A stretch of DNA of 32,000 nucleotides, from the NCBI RefSeq assembly GCF_014490555.1, contig NZ_CP061032.1, positions 2,132,448-2,164,447 of the forward strand, read 5' to 3'. The DNA is from Corynebacterium lujinxingii. Its GTDB lineage: Bacteria; Actinomycetota; Actinomycetes; Mycobacteriales; Mycobacteriaceae. Made by a program: the position numbers and the translations under genes. Below are positions 1 to 9,120 of this stretch, piece after piece (the stretch's first letter is position 1; each line of letters starts with the position of its first letter). The notes beneath the pieces were generated by a model. The model made no database searches. It saw only the letters and a program-made list of their open reading frames with translations, and was not told the DNA's origin.

Positions 1-3000
1 CGGTCGACGTAGCGGTCGCTGTCTCCGTCACCTTGCCGGTCACGGACACCTGGTAGGTGGTGGTTTCGGTCGCCCCCGTCGCGGTCGTCGCCTGAACGGT
101 CACCGGGTCAGGGGTGCCGCTGAAGTCCTTCGCCGGGGTGAACTTGACCACGCCCGTCGCCGGATCAATCTGGAACGTGCCCTCATCGGTCTCAATCTTG
201 TTGTCCGTCGCGCCCGCCAGCGAGTAGGTGACGGTCCAGGCGCTCGGGAACGACGGGAACATCTCCGCGCCAGTCTTCGAGGTCTGGGTCTGGTTCACAT
301 CGCCAGTTGTCACCGACGGGGAGGTCCGCGGCGAGCGGTAGTCGCCGGCGACCGTGCCGGTGTCGGTGGACTGCACGCCGTTGGTGTTCTTCGCGGTGTA
401 GTTCACCGGGGTCGGAGTGCCGTAGAAACCGTCTACCGGGGTGAAGGTGAACGTGCCGTTGTTATCGACGGTCCAGGTGCCCTGCCCGTCGACCTTGAGT
501 TCCTTGCCTGCGGGTTTCCCGTCGGCACCGACGAACTCCACCGTGGACTTATCGACCGTGTCCAGGTACCTCGGCGTGACCTTCAGGGGGCTGCCGATGT
601 TGCCGAGCACGGAGGCGTCGTAAAGGTGCACATCCACCGGCTCAACGACGGCGGTGTACTTCGCCGTCGGCGTGCCCTGCGCGTTCACGATCCCGATGCC
701 CACCGACTGCGCTGTGCCGACGAACGCCGGGTCCGGGGTGAACGTGACCTGGCCGGTTGTCGGGTTGATGGTGTACGTGCCCTCGCCCGCGACGGTGAGG
801 GTGTTGTTCTCCGCCGGGGTGCCGTCCGGGGCGAAGAGTCCGAAGACTGCCTGGTCCCACCAGGTGGCCTGGGCGATGTTCGGGAACAGCTCCTTCGCAG
901 TGAGACCCTGGTCTTGGCGGTTCTTGTCGTCGGAGTGCTGCGTCACGCCCTGCAGATTGGTCGTGACAGCCGAAATCGGATCCGGCGTGGGGTAGAACGC
1001 CGAGATCTGGCCGGGCACCTGTGCAGGGATACCGTCGAAGTTGGTGGCGGTGTAGTCGATGGGGGTCGGGCTGCCCACAAACGCGCCGCCCTCACCGTCA
1101 GGTCCCTGCGGAGTGAAGGTGAAGTTGCCTTGCTTATCGACGGTCCATGTGCCCTCGCCTGGCACAACCAGCGTCTTGCCGTCATCGGAGAGCGTGCTGC
1201 CTTGCGGCGCGATGATCCGGATCGTGCTCTTGTCCACCGTCGTGTCCAGGTACTCCGGGGTGACCGTGATCGGCTGCCCGATGCGGGTGGCCTTGGCGTA
1301 GTCGGACGGGATCTCAACACGCACCGGCACCACGAACGGCTGGTAGGTGCTGGTCATCTCGGCCGGCTGGCCGCTGGCGTCCCTGAGGCCGACGGTCTGG
1401 ATCTCCACTGCCGGGGCCTGGCCTGTGAAGCCCTTCTCCGGCTCGAACTTCACGGTGCCCTTGACCGGGTCGATGGTGTAGGTGCCCACGTCCTCGACGG
1501 TGAGCACATTGTCGGTTGCACCCGCGAGCTGGAACTTCACCGGGCTGTTGGCTTGGCCATACCACTCGGTAGGCAGGTTCGGGAACATCTCGGCAGGGGT
1601 GCGGCCGGTGTCGTTCGCGCCCTTGTCGGTGCTGTTCTGGGCGGTGCCCTGCGGGCCGACGGTGGTGGCGGGGACCGTAATAGCCGCCGGGTAGGTGATG
1701 GTCACACCACCGGTGCCGGTCACCGTGCCGCCGTTGGTGGCCGCGGCGGTGTAGAGCACGCTCACCGGCGTGCCGACGAAGCCCGGCACCGGCGTGAAGG
1801 TGAATTCGCCCGTCGTTGGGTCGACGGTCCAGGTGCCTTGTCCCGGGATGTCCAGCGTCTTGCCGACGGGGTTGCCGGCAGCGTCGAGAAGCTGCACGCT
1901 CGTCGGGTTGATGGTGGTGCCGTAATCGGGCGTCGCCTTACCCGGCTTGCCGAGCGGCGCCGAGTTGGTAGCGGACGGCAGCGTGTACGTGCGGTCTTCG
2001 ACGGTCGGGATGTACTGCGCAATGAGCGTCGAGTTGACCTTCGTGCCGTTGGCAGTGGTGTTGATGGCCTGAATCTTCACCCCGCCCGCCTGCTTCGAGG
2101 GCTGGCCGCCAAGGAACCCGTCGACCGGGGTAAACGAGACCACGCCCGTTGCGGGATCGATGGTGTAGGTGCCCTCGCCATCGACGGTGAGGGTGTCGAC
2201 GAGGTTGGTGCCGTCCACGAGCTTGAACTGCACCGGCGCGTTGAACCAAGCCTCGGGCAGGCCCGGGAAGAGCTCCGCGGTGGTCTTGCCGGCGTCGCCC
2301 GGGGAGTTCAGGTCGGTGGATTTCTGGGTCTCGGTCGGGCCGCCGATGGTGGTGGCGGTACGGGTGACCAGCGGGTTGTAGGTAACCGTGACGGTGGACG
2401 GCTCGCGGGCCGCGATACCGTCGACACTCCTCGCGGTGTACTTCACCGGTGCCGGGTTGCCCAAAAAGCCCGCAACCGGGGTGAAGGAGAACTCACCGGT
2501 CGCAAGATCGACGGTCCAGGTGCCCTGGCCATCGACGGTGAGGGTGGTGCCGACGCGGTTGCCGGCATCGTCGATAAGCGAAATGCTCTCGGTGTCGATC
2601 TTCGGCAGGCCGGCGATCGCGTAGTCCGGTGTGGCCTTGAGCGTGTCGCCGACGTTGCCGTTGGCGAACGCGGGCTGGAGGTACACGTTGGAGCTGGTGA
2701 CCACGGGTAGGTAGGAGCCGTCCGCGCCGCGCTGCTGGCCGTTCGCGGTGGTGAGGTTGGCGATGCGCACGCCGACCTCCGGTGCCGGACCGACGAAGAA
2801 CGGGTCCGGGGTGAAGGTGACCTCGCCGGACGCGGCGTCGATGGTGTAGGTGCCAACGTTGTCGTACTTGAGCGCGGTGTTCGGCGCGATTGCGTTGCCG
2901 TCCTGGTCGACAAGCTGGTAGGTGAACGAGCTGTACCAGTTGGTGGGGTAACCCGGGAACATCTGCTGGGCGGTCAGTCCGCGGTCGCCCTCGGAAGTGG

Positions 3001-4453
3001 TCCTGTCGGTGGACTTCTGCGTCACGCCCTGGGTGCCGTACGTCGTCGCCGGGCGACCGTCCGGCACGAAGTAGTCGACGGTGAGCGTGGCCGAGTCCGC
3101 CTGGATGCCGACGGTGTTCTTCGCCGTGTACTGCACCGGGGTCGGGTCACCGATAAAGCCGACCTGCGGGGTGAAGGTGACGGTGCCGTTGCTGTTGACC
3201 TGCCACGTGCCCTCGTTTTCCACGGTGAGGGTCTTGCCGGCGGTCGTGCCGTCCGGGTTCAGCAGCTCAACGGTGTCCGTGTTGATCGCCGGTGCGCCGT
3301 CAGCCTGCGCGTAGTTCGGGCGCAGCGTCACGGCGCGGCCGACCTGGTTCTGCCCTGCGACGTCCTCGAGCTGCACCGACGGCTTGGTCACCGTCGGGGT
3401 GTAAGTGGTGTTGACCTCGGAGTAGGACTGGTTGTTCGCGTTGATCGTGTGCGCGGGGCGGGTGACGCCGTAGGCCATGACGCGGCCGTTGCCCTCGTCC
3501 GTGTTCGTGGTCATGTTGGACACGATCACGCGGATCGGGGTGGCTTGCTTGGTGGTCGGGTCACCTGTTTTGAAGAAGTCGTTGTTCGGGGTGAACGTGA
3601 CCTCGCCGGAGTCCGGGTTGATTGTGTACCGGCCCTCGGTGGTGTTCAGCTCGTTGGTGACGTAGCCGACGTAGTTGCCGTCGGCGTCGTTGGCGAAGTC
3701 CGCGTCCGCAATCGTCGCCTTGGCCGCGATCGGGTCGTTCCTGTCAACCTGGAACGCGTAGGTGGGCTGGTAGTCCCAGACAATGCCTCCGGTGACACCT
3801 TGGAACCCTGTTCCGGCCTGCGCAGTCTGGGTGGTGCCGAGCGCACCCGTAGATGTGAGCGGGGTCGTGGTCTTGCCCGGCAGACCGGTGGTGGCGTAGT
3901 CGTACTGCGGCGCTGGCTGGCCGCCGGGCTTCACCGGGTCGATCTGGATCGGCAGCGGCGGGGCGTAGCCGATGTAGCCCGGCGCGGGGTTCCAGGTCAC
4001 CTGGAACGTGGAGCTTTGGGAGACGTAGGACCAGTCGCCAAGCTGAGTCGTAATCTTGTTGGAATTGCTGAACGGATCTGGGCGCACAGCAGACGTAAAC
4101 CCATTGCGGTAGATCGTCTGGTTCGCCGGGTCCCAAATGGTCAACGGGACCGGGCTCCCCCACTGGTCGTAGGTGCCGGTCCTGGCTATGCCGTCGGCGG
4201 CCACTGCGTCCAGGCTCAGGTACAACGTGCCGTAGCGGGTGACGTTCTGCTTAACGGTGGTATTCCACGGCACCGACGCCGGGGTCTGATCGTCGTAGGT
4301 GACGGTGGTGCCCTGAACCGTGCGCGTCGCGGCATCGGCGGTTGGCACGAAGGTCGAATCGGGGGCGGCCACCTGCACGGTGGTCAGGCCGAGGATGGCG
4401 ACGGTTGCGGCACCGATTGCGCGGTTTGCCACGCGGCGGGAACGAGTACTCAT
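1..4453 (-). CDS. Secreted repetitive cell-surface protein (adhesin-like, CshA-type-fibril-like modules). The N-terminus is in the window; the 3' end runs off the left edge (partial, about 1484 codons visible).
   Basis: Absent from the ORF track because it has no in-window stop. The reverse frame anchored at ATG 4453..4451 (AGGAG at 4463..4459, 5-nt spacer) showed no stop in my manual translation down to position 2. None of the listed minus-strand ORFs in 1-4453 is in this frame. N-terminus MSTRSRRVANRAIGAATVAILGLTTVQVAAP looks like a Sec signal peptide. Codons are GC3-rich. Recurrent motifs: GTWTVD..G.FTFTP..GF.G.P.PV.YTA and GTYTIDP.TG.VTFTP..F.G. Confidence 0.8.
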   Translation of the reverse strand, partial: MSTRSRRVANRAIGAATVAILGLTTVQVAAPDSTFVPTADAATRTVQGTTVTYDDQTPASVPWNTTVKQNVTRYGTLYLSLDAVAADGIARTGTYDQWGSPVPLTIWDPANQTIYRNGFTSAVRPDPFSNSNKITTQLGDWSYVSQSSTFQVTWNPAPGYIGYAPPLPIQIDPVKPGGQPAPQYDYATTGLPGKTTTPLTSTGALGTTQTAQAGTGFQGVTGGIVWDYQPTYAFQVDRNDPIAAKATIADADFANDADGNYVGYVTNELNTTEGRYTINPDSGEVTFTPNNDFFKTGDPTTKQATPIRVIVSNMTTNTDEGNGRVMAYGVTRPAHTINANNQSYSEVNTTYTPTVTKPSVQLEDVAGQNQVGRAVTLRPNYAQADGAPAINTDTVELLNPDGTTAGKTLTVENEGTWQVNSNGTVTFTPQVGFIGDPTPVQYTAKNTVGIQADSATLTVDYFVPDGRPATTYGTQGVTQKSTDRTTSEGDRGLTAQQMFPGYPTNWYSSFTYQLVDQDGNAIAPNTALKYDNVGTYTIDAASGEVTFTPDPFFVGPAPEVGVRIANLTTANGQQRGADGSYLPVVTSSNVYLQPAFANGNVGDTLKATPDYAIAGLPKIDTESISLIDDAGNRVGTTLTVDGQGTWTVDLATGEFSFTPVAGFLGNPAPVKYTARSVDGIAAREPSTVTVTYNPLVTRTATTIGGPTETQKSTDLNSPGDAGKTTAELFPGLPEAWFNAPVQFKLVDGTNLVDTLTVDGEGTYTIDPATGVVSFTPVDGFLGGQPSKQAGGVKIQAINTTANGTKVNSTLIAQYIPTVEDRTYTLPSATNSAPLGKPGKATPDYGTTINPTSVQLLDAAGNPVGKTLDIPGQGTWTVDPTTGEFTFTPVPGFVGTPVSVLYTAAATNGGTVTGTGGVTITYPAAITVPATTVGPQGTAQNSTDKGANDTGRTPAEMFPNLPTEWYGQANSPVKFQLAGATDNVLTVEDVGTYTIDPVKGTVKFEPEKGFTGQAPAVEIQTVGLRDASGQPAEMTSTYQPFVVPVRVEIPSDYAKATRIGQPITVTPEYLDTTVDKSTIRIIAPQGSTLSDDGKTLVVPGEGTWTVDKQGNFTFTPQGPDGEGGAFVGSPTPIDYTATNFDGIPAQVPGQISAFYPTPDPISAVTTNLQGVTQHSDDKNRQDQGLTAKELFPNIAQATWWDQAVFGLFAPDGTPAENNTLTVAGEGTYTINPTTGQVTFTPDPAFVGTAQSVGIGIVNAQGTPTAKYTAVVEPVDVHLYDASVLGNIGSPLKVTPRYLDTVDKSTVEFVGADGKPAGKELKVDGQGTWTVDNNGTFTFTPVDGFYGTPTPVNYTAKNTNGVQSTDTGTVAGDYRSPRTSPSVTTGDVNQTQTSKTGAEMFPSFPSAWTVTYSLAGATDNKIETDEGTFQIDPATGVVKFTPAKDFSGTPDPVTVQATTATGATETTTYQVSVTGKVTETATATST
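164..3634 (-). repeat. Array of 11 alternating protein-coding modules (two related types, about 100-115 aa each) inside the surface-protein gene.
   Basis: 18-nt cores encoding G-T-[YF]-[TQ]-I-[DN] start at 164, 764, 1469, 2156 and 2837, with a G-R-Y-T-I-N variant at 3617. Cores encoding G-T-W-[TQ]-V-[DN] start at 464, 1136, 1820, 2507 and 3194. The two types alternate strictly. Same-type spacing is 600-780 bp, mostly 672-705 bp. Confidence 0.85.
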
Positions 4454-4560
4454 AGGAACTCCTAGGTCAGAAGGGCAACCTACTCGATTAAGTAAGCTGC
4501 AAGAAGTTTGTTCCTCACCCACCTTAGCGTTACCGCTTTTTCCTGGCAGTTAGTTACCAG

Positions 4561-5898
4561 TTAACCCAAGGTTCGCCCCAGCGCCCGCAGCTGCCACCCT
4601 GCCGCCTGCCAGGTTTGGGGGTCGAGGACGTTGCGGCCGTCGATGAGCAGTTGCTTATCGACGAGCCCAGCTGCCCACACCGGATCCATCTGCTTAAACT
4701 CCTGCCATTCGGTGGCGAGGATGACAAGTTCCGCACCGTTCAGGGCGTCTTCGAGGCTGGTGGCGTAGTCGAGGGTGGGAAACACCTTGCGGGCGTTGTC
4801 CATGCCCTGCGGGTCGTACACGCGAACACTTGCACCGGCCAGGGAGAGTTGCCCCGCTACTGCGAGTGCCGGCGAGTCGCGCACGTCGTCAGAGTTCGGT
4901 TTGAACGCCGCACCGAGCACGGTGATGTTGCGGCCGATGAGGCTGCCGAGTTCCTCGCGGGCTAAGTCGATCACGCGCTGGCGGCGGCGCATGTTGATCG
5001 CGTCCACCTCGCGCAAAAACGTCAGCGCCTGGTCGGCGCCGACTTCGCCGGCGCGCGCCATAAACGCACGGATGTCCTTCGGCAGGCACCCGCCGCCGAA
5101 ACCTAAGCCGGCGCCGAGGAATTTGCGGCCGATGCGGTCGTCGTAACCGATCGCGTCCGCCAATTGCGTCACGTCCGCGCCGACGTTTTCGCACACCTCG
5201 GAAACGGCGTTGATAAACGAGATCTTCGTGGCCAAAAACGCATTCGCCGAGACCTTTACCAACTCCGCGGTCTGCAAGTCGGTGACGATAAATGGCGTGT
5301 CGTTTTCCAGCGGGGTGGCGTAGACCTCGCGGGCGACTTCTTCGGCTCGGCTTTCTTCGTGCGTGGCGCTTGCGCCTCGCACGCCGAGGACGATGCGGTC
5401 CGGCTCAATAGTGTCTTTCACCGCGTAGCCTTCGCGGAGGAACTCCGGGTTCCACGCGATCTCGACGCTGGCGCCGTCCTGCACGAGCTTGTCCGCGCGC
5501 TCCTGCAGCGCCGCTGCCGTGCCGACCGGGACGGTGGATTTACCCAGAATGACGTGGTGGCCTTGCAGTTTGGGCACCAGGTCGTCGATAACCGCCTCAA
5601 CATAGCGGGTGTCCGCGGCGTAGGAACCGCGCTGCTGCGGGGTGCCCACACCAATGAAGTGCACGTTGGCAAACGCAGCGACCTCGTCATAGTCGGTGGT
5701 GAAGTCCAGGCGGCCGGCGTCGATGTTGCGCTCGAGCACCTCGGGCAAGCCCGGCTCATAAAACGGCACCTTGGAGTTTTTCAGCGCCTCGATTTTGTTT
5801 TCATCCACGTCAACGCCCAGCACCTCGTGGCCCAACTCCGCCATGCACGCAGCATGCGTCGCCCCGAGGTAACCAGTGCCAATCACAGTCATCCGCAT
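4561..5898 (-). CDS. udgA: UDP-glucose 6-dehydrogenase
   Basis: 445-aa ORF. N-terminal Rossmann motif VIGTGYLG, catalytic-Cys motif GFGGGCLPKD, full-length UDPGDH-like sequence. Lies next to dcd, as in Mtb Rv0322/Rv0321. Confidence 0.9.
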   Translation of the reverse strand: MRMTVIGTGYLGATHAACMAELGHEVLGVDVDENKIEALKNSKVPFYEPGLPEVLERNIDAGRLDFTTDYDEVAAFANVHFIGVGTPQQRGSYAADTRYVEAVIDDLVPKLQGHHVILGKSTVPVGTAAALQERADKLVQDGASVEIAWNPEFLREGYAVKDTIEPDRIVLGVRGASATHEESRAEEVAREVYATPLENDTPFIVTDLQTAELVKVSANAFLATKISFINAVSEVCENVGADVTQLADAIGYDDRIGRKFLGAGLGFGGGCLPKDIRAFMARAGEVGADQALTFLREVDAINMRRRQRVIDLAREELGSLIGRNITVLGAAFKPNSDDVRDSPALAVAGQLSLAGASVRVYDPQGMDNARKVFPTLDYATSLEDALNGAELVILATEWQEFKQMDPVWAAGLVDKQLLIDGRNVLDPQTWQAAGWQLRALGRTLG

Positions 5899-6042
5899 AA
5901 GTGGCCATTATGCCGGGACGGTGCGAGCGCTGCAGGGTGAGCGCGAAACGCTTACTTGCAGTACTGGAAGTTTGGATGCGTCGCACGATCCCTATTTTTC
6001 AAGCTCGACGTTTTCTGCAAAATAATCAAGTGGAGATCCGGC

Positions 6043-6048
6043 TAGAAT
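6043..6048 (+). promoter_or_regulatory. Candidate -10 hexamer (TAGAAT) for the Fic gene
   Basis: TAGAAT lies 7 nt upstream of the TTG that opens the ORF (6056) and about 40 nt upstream of GTG 6089, which has an AAGGAAG Shine-Dalgarno. No convincing -35 element. Confidence 0.4.
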
Positions 6049-6088
6049 TTCAGAATTGAACATTCTGACCCGCAAAGGAAGTCCAATA

Positions 6089-7300
6089 GTGGGCAACTAC
6101 AAGAACCTAAAGACGGTGTTTCACAAATCCCGAGACGGCAGGCAGGCTGCCGAAGCTGAATACGCCGCCAGGTTTACGTCGCCAGCTGCACTGCATTGGA
6201 ACTTCACAGTGGGCAACCACGATCTCTTCGTGGTACTCACTGCGGAGATTCAGTCACTCCTGGAGGACGTCTGGCGCGCAGAGCTCCGGATTTCCCACAA
6301 GTGGTCCACGCTTCCAGGCGTGGCCGGTAGCCACTACCTGACAGGCCTTCTCATCGAGGAAATTAAAGCCACGAACCAAATCGAGGGCGTGCATTCGACC
6401 CGTAAAGAAATTGCAGAAGCGCTGACCCGTCCTTCAACTGGACCACACAAGCGGTTCCGCGAAATGGTTGCGTTTTACGAATCGCTACTCAACCCTCATG
6501 CGCGACCAGAGTTTCCAACGACCCCCACATCCCTGCGTGCCGAATACGACAGGTTGCTCGCAGACGAAATCGTTGAGGAAGATCGTCCCGATGGACAGCT
6601 GTTCCGATCAGGGCCCGTAGAAATTCACGACGGCATGAAGGGGGTCCATAAAGCCCCCCTTGGCGAAGACGACATTGAAGACCGCATCCAAACGTTCTTA
6701 CAGACCCAAAGAGATGAAACCCATGTCCTCATCAACGCGCTGATAGGTCACTTCATGTTCGAGTACACCCACCCGTTTTACGACGGCAACGGTCGTATGG
6801 GACGTTTCTTACTCGCATTCAAAGCTCTCGAGGTTCTTTCTCCACCAACCTCGATGTCTCTCTCCCACCAGTTCTCACTCCAGAGAAAGAAGTATTACGA
6901 CGCTTTCTTGGATACAGAGAACGCGATGAACTACGGAGAGGCGACGATCTTCCTCAAAGCCATGCTTGAGATGCTGATCGATGCCCAGCGCGACTTGGAG
7001 GAATCACTGGATCAAAAACATTTCCAGTTACATAGTCTGCAAGAAATCCTATCTTCAATAGACCGCGACGAGTACGAACGCGACTTGCTCTACTTGGCTG
7101 CGCAAGCATATCTATTCAGCCCGGATCTACCCTTCCCCCTCAAAGAGGCAGTTTCAGCAATAGGGCGGTCTTGGAACACGATCCGGCCCGTAGCTGAAAA
7201 GCTGGAAGCGGAGGGACTTATCCAATCAGCTTCGAAGCGCCCGCTCACACTCGAGCTCACCGCCCGAGGCCGTGAATACCTACGTTTATCAGAAAGCTGA
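6089..7300 (+). CDS. Fic family protein (AMPylase-type Fic/DOC domain with an N-terminal inhibitory helix and a C-terminal wHTH-like tail)
   Basis: Canonical Fic motif HPFYDGNGRMGR at 6770..6805. [S/T]xxxE[G/N] inhibitory motif TNQIEG at 6371..6388. The ORF is open from TTG 6056 (track: 6056..7300). GTG 6089 is preferred because AAGGAAG sits 7 nt upstream. G+C is visibly lower than in the flanks. Confidence 0.85.
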   Translation: MGNYKNLKTVFHKSRDGRQAAEAEYAARFTSPAALHWNFTVGNHDLFVVLTAEIQSLLEDVWRAELRISHKWSTLPGVAGSHYLTGLLIEEIKATNQIEGVHSTRKEIAEALTRPSTGPHKRFREMVAFYESLLNPHARPEFPTTPTSLRAEYDRLLADEIVEEDRPDGQLFRSGPVEIHDGMKGVHKAPLGEDDIEDRIQTFLQTQRDETHVLINALIGHFMFEYTHPFYDGNGRMGRFLLAFKALEVLSPPTSMSLSHQFSLQRKKYYDAFLDTENAMNYGEATIFLKAMLEMLIDAQRDLEESLDQKHFQLHSLQEILSSIDRDEYERDLLYLAAQAYLFSPDLPFPLKEAVSAIGRSWNTIRPVAEKLEAEGLIQSASKRPLTLELTARGREYLRLSES

Positions 7301-7306
7301 GCTGAG

Positions 7307-7870
7307 CTACTGAAAGTTCAGGTACGCCTTCGACGGCGTCGGGCCGCGCTGCCCCTGGTACTTCGAGCCGAGCGCGCCCGAGCCATAGGGGGTGTCCGCC
7401 GGCGAGGTCATATTGAACAGCGCGAGCTGGCCGACCTTCATTCCGGGCCACAGCGTGATCGGCAGGTTTGCCACGTTGGACAGTTCCAGCGTGATGTGCC
7501 CGGAGAAGCCCGGGTCGATAAAGCCTGCGGTGGAGTGGGTCAACAGCCCGAGTCGACCGAGCGAGGACTTGCCCTCAAGGCGGCCGGCAAGATCGGCGGG
7601 CAGGGTGAAGCACTCCAGTGTGGAGGCGAGGACGAACTCGCCGGGGTGCAGGACGAAGCCGTCGTCGTCCTCCACCTCGACGAGACTGGTCAGATCCGGC
7701 ATTTCCAGCTTCGGGTCGATGTGCGTGTACTTCGAGTTGTTGAAAACGCGGAAGAACTTATCCAGGCGCACGTCGACCGAGCTCGGCTGCACCATGGCGG
7801 GGTCGAACGGGTCGATCCTGAGGTGGCCGGAGTCGATGGATTCGCGAATGTCGTGATCTGAAAGCAGCAC
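7307..7870 (-). CDS. dcd: dCTP deaminase (housekeeping, dUTPase-fold)
   Basis: 187 aa. N-terminus [12 protein letters not shown] and motif [18 protein letters not shown] are typical of Dcd. Conserved dcd-udgA-tRNA-Gly neighbourhood. Confidence 0.93.
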   Translation of the reverse strand: MLLSDHDIRESIDSGHLRIDPFDPAMVQPSSVDVRLDKFFRVFNNSKYTHIDPKLEMPDLTSLVEVEDDDGFVLHPGEFVLASTLECFTLPADLAGRLEGKSSLGRLGLLTHSTAGFIDPGFSGHITLELSNVANLPITLWPGMKVGQLALFNMTSPADTPYGSGALGSKYQGQRGPTPSKAYLNFQ

Positions 7871-7894
7871 GCCTTGAGAGTGTACTTCCCGTTT

Positions 7895-7922
7895 TTGGGC
7901 CTCGACTAGGCGGTGCTAAAGT
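7895..7922 (+). promoter_or_regulatory. Candidate promoter of tRNA-Gly (TTGGGC, 16-nt spacer, TAAAGT)
   Basis: -35-like TTGGGC at 7895..7900 and -10-like TAAAGT at 7917..7922, 10 nt upstream of the mature tRNA 5' end. Confidence 0.4.
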
Positions 7923-7932
7923 CATAAAAGCT

Positions 7933-8006
7933 GCCGGCGTAGTTTAGTGGTAGAACATCAGCTTCCCAAGCTGAGAGTGCGAGTTCGATTCTCGTCGCCG
8001 GCTCCA
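7933..8006 (+). tRNA. tRNA-Gly (anticodon CCC), CCA encoded
   Basis: Manual cloverleaf: acceptor GCCGGCG/CGCCGGC; D arm GTTT-AGTGGTA-GAAC; anticodon arm TCAGC-TTCCCAA-GCTGA; 4-nt variable region; T arm GCGAG-TTCGATT-CTCGT; discriminator T plus CCA. Total 74 nt. Confidence 0.92.
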
Positions 8007-8028
8007 AGACATCGGGGGATGGAGAATA

Positions 8029-9102
8029 ATGGGTGAGCAACCACTTAACTTAAAATCTTCAAAACTTGGCGAGTTTGTTGTTTACAAAACCCAAGACGGC
8101 TTAACGGAAGTACATCTGCGAGTCGTCGACGGCTCGGCTTGGATGACTCAAGCGGAAATTGCCGTGCTCTTCGATGTAACCACGGCTACTGTAAGCACTC
8201 ACCTGAAGAACATTTACGCCGAAGGCGAGTTGAGCAGGGACCGAACTATTAAAGAAATTCAAACAGTTCGTTCTGAAGGGGACCGTGACGTTCACCGGAC
8301 ACTACTTCACTACAACCTTGACGCGATTATCGCCGTCGGCTACCGGGTAAAGGGGCCGCGAGGCAACCAATTCCGGCGATGGGCAAGCGAAGTACTCCAG
8401 GAATACCTGGTAAAGGGCTTCGCACTCAACGACGAAAAGCTCAAAGATCCCCGCGGCACGGACTATTTCGATGAACTTTTGGAGCGGATCCGCGACATCC
8501 GATCTTCAGAAGCACGTTTGTACCTCAAGCTGCGAGACATCGTCGCACTCGCAGCCGATTACGACAAAGATAGCCCACGAACGCGTGGAATTTACAGCGC
8601 CATCCAGGACAAACTGCACTACGCGATTACGGGCCAAACGTCTTCAGAAATCATCGCGACACGATGTGACCCGGCGGCCGACAATCTCGGTCTTTCCACT
8701 TTCAAAGGAGAAGTTGTCCGAAAAGGGGATGTGACAACGGCGAAAAACTACCTCACCCACCCGGAGCTCACTACGCTCAACCTCTTGGTCTCCCAGTTCT
8801 TGGACTACGCGGAGTTACAAGCGCAAATGCGCAGCCCGATTCACATGGCGGAGTGGCTGGAGAAGACCGATGCGTTCATCGAGTTCAACGGCTTCCAGCC
8901 GCTTGAAGACCGAGGGAGGGTCACCCGCGAGGAGGCTAACCGCTTAGCCAAAGAACGCTACGACCTTTACAACTCCGGCCGGCAGGCAGCTGAGCTAGCT
9001 GAAGCCGACGCGGAGTTGGTCGCAACTATGAAGATGATCGACCAGCGAATACTCGCTGACCGAGCGCGCTTACGTCCTCGTGTGGCGGACAACAAAAAGT
9101 GA
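8029..9102 (+). CDS. Virulence RhuM family protein (N-terminal HTH-like region, function unknown)
   Basis: 357 aa. The N-terminal segment FVVYKTQDGLTEVHLRVVDGSAWMTQAEIAVLFDVTTATVSTHLKNIYAEGEL and the overall sequence match my recollection of the RhuM family. Starts 22 nt after the tRNA. Lower G+C than the flanks. Confidence 0.8.
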   Translation: MGEQPLNLKSSKLGEFVVYKTQDGLTEVHLRVVDGSAWMTQAEIAVLFDVTTATVSTHLKNIYAEGELSRDRTIKEIQTVRSEGDRDVHRTLLHYNLDAIIAVGYRVKGPRGNQFRRWASEVLQEYLVKGFALNDEKLKDPRGTDYFDELLERIRDIRSSEARLYLKLRDIVALAADYDKDSPRTRGIYSAIQDKLHYAITGQTSSEIIATRCDPAADNLGLSTFKGEVVRKGDVTTAKNYLTHPELTTLNLLVSQFLDYAELQAQMRSPIHMAEWLEKTDAFIEFNGFQPLEDRGRVTREEANRLAKERYDLYNSGRQAAELAEADAELVATMKMIDQRILADRARLRPRVADNKK

Positions 9103-9120
9103 CAAACCAATTCCCAATTT

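Noticed and set aside
164-3634. Regularly spaced repeats as a possible CRISPR array or mobile-element repeats.
   Set aside because: The period is about 300/680 bp, not 60-75 bp. The repeats are in-frame protein modules inside one ORF, and no cas genes are present.
626-4465. Long plus-strand ORFs 626..2710 (694 aa) and 3449..4465 (338 aa), together with the smaller ORFs listed in this interval.
   Set aside because: Their products are Arg/Gly/Val/Asp-rich low-complexity strings with no start context. They lie antisense to a continuous, motif-rich, GC3-biased minus-strand frame (the surface protein). They are typical shadow ORFs of a high-GC gene.
7307-7870. dcd as a possible anti-phage dCTP-deaminase defence gene, given its Fic/RhuM neighbours.
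   Set aside because: Its 187-aa size and its motifs match housekeeping Dcd. It has the genome-typical high G+C and sits in the conserved udgA-dcd-tRNA-Gly arrangement. The defence-type enzymes I recall are larger multi-domain proteins.
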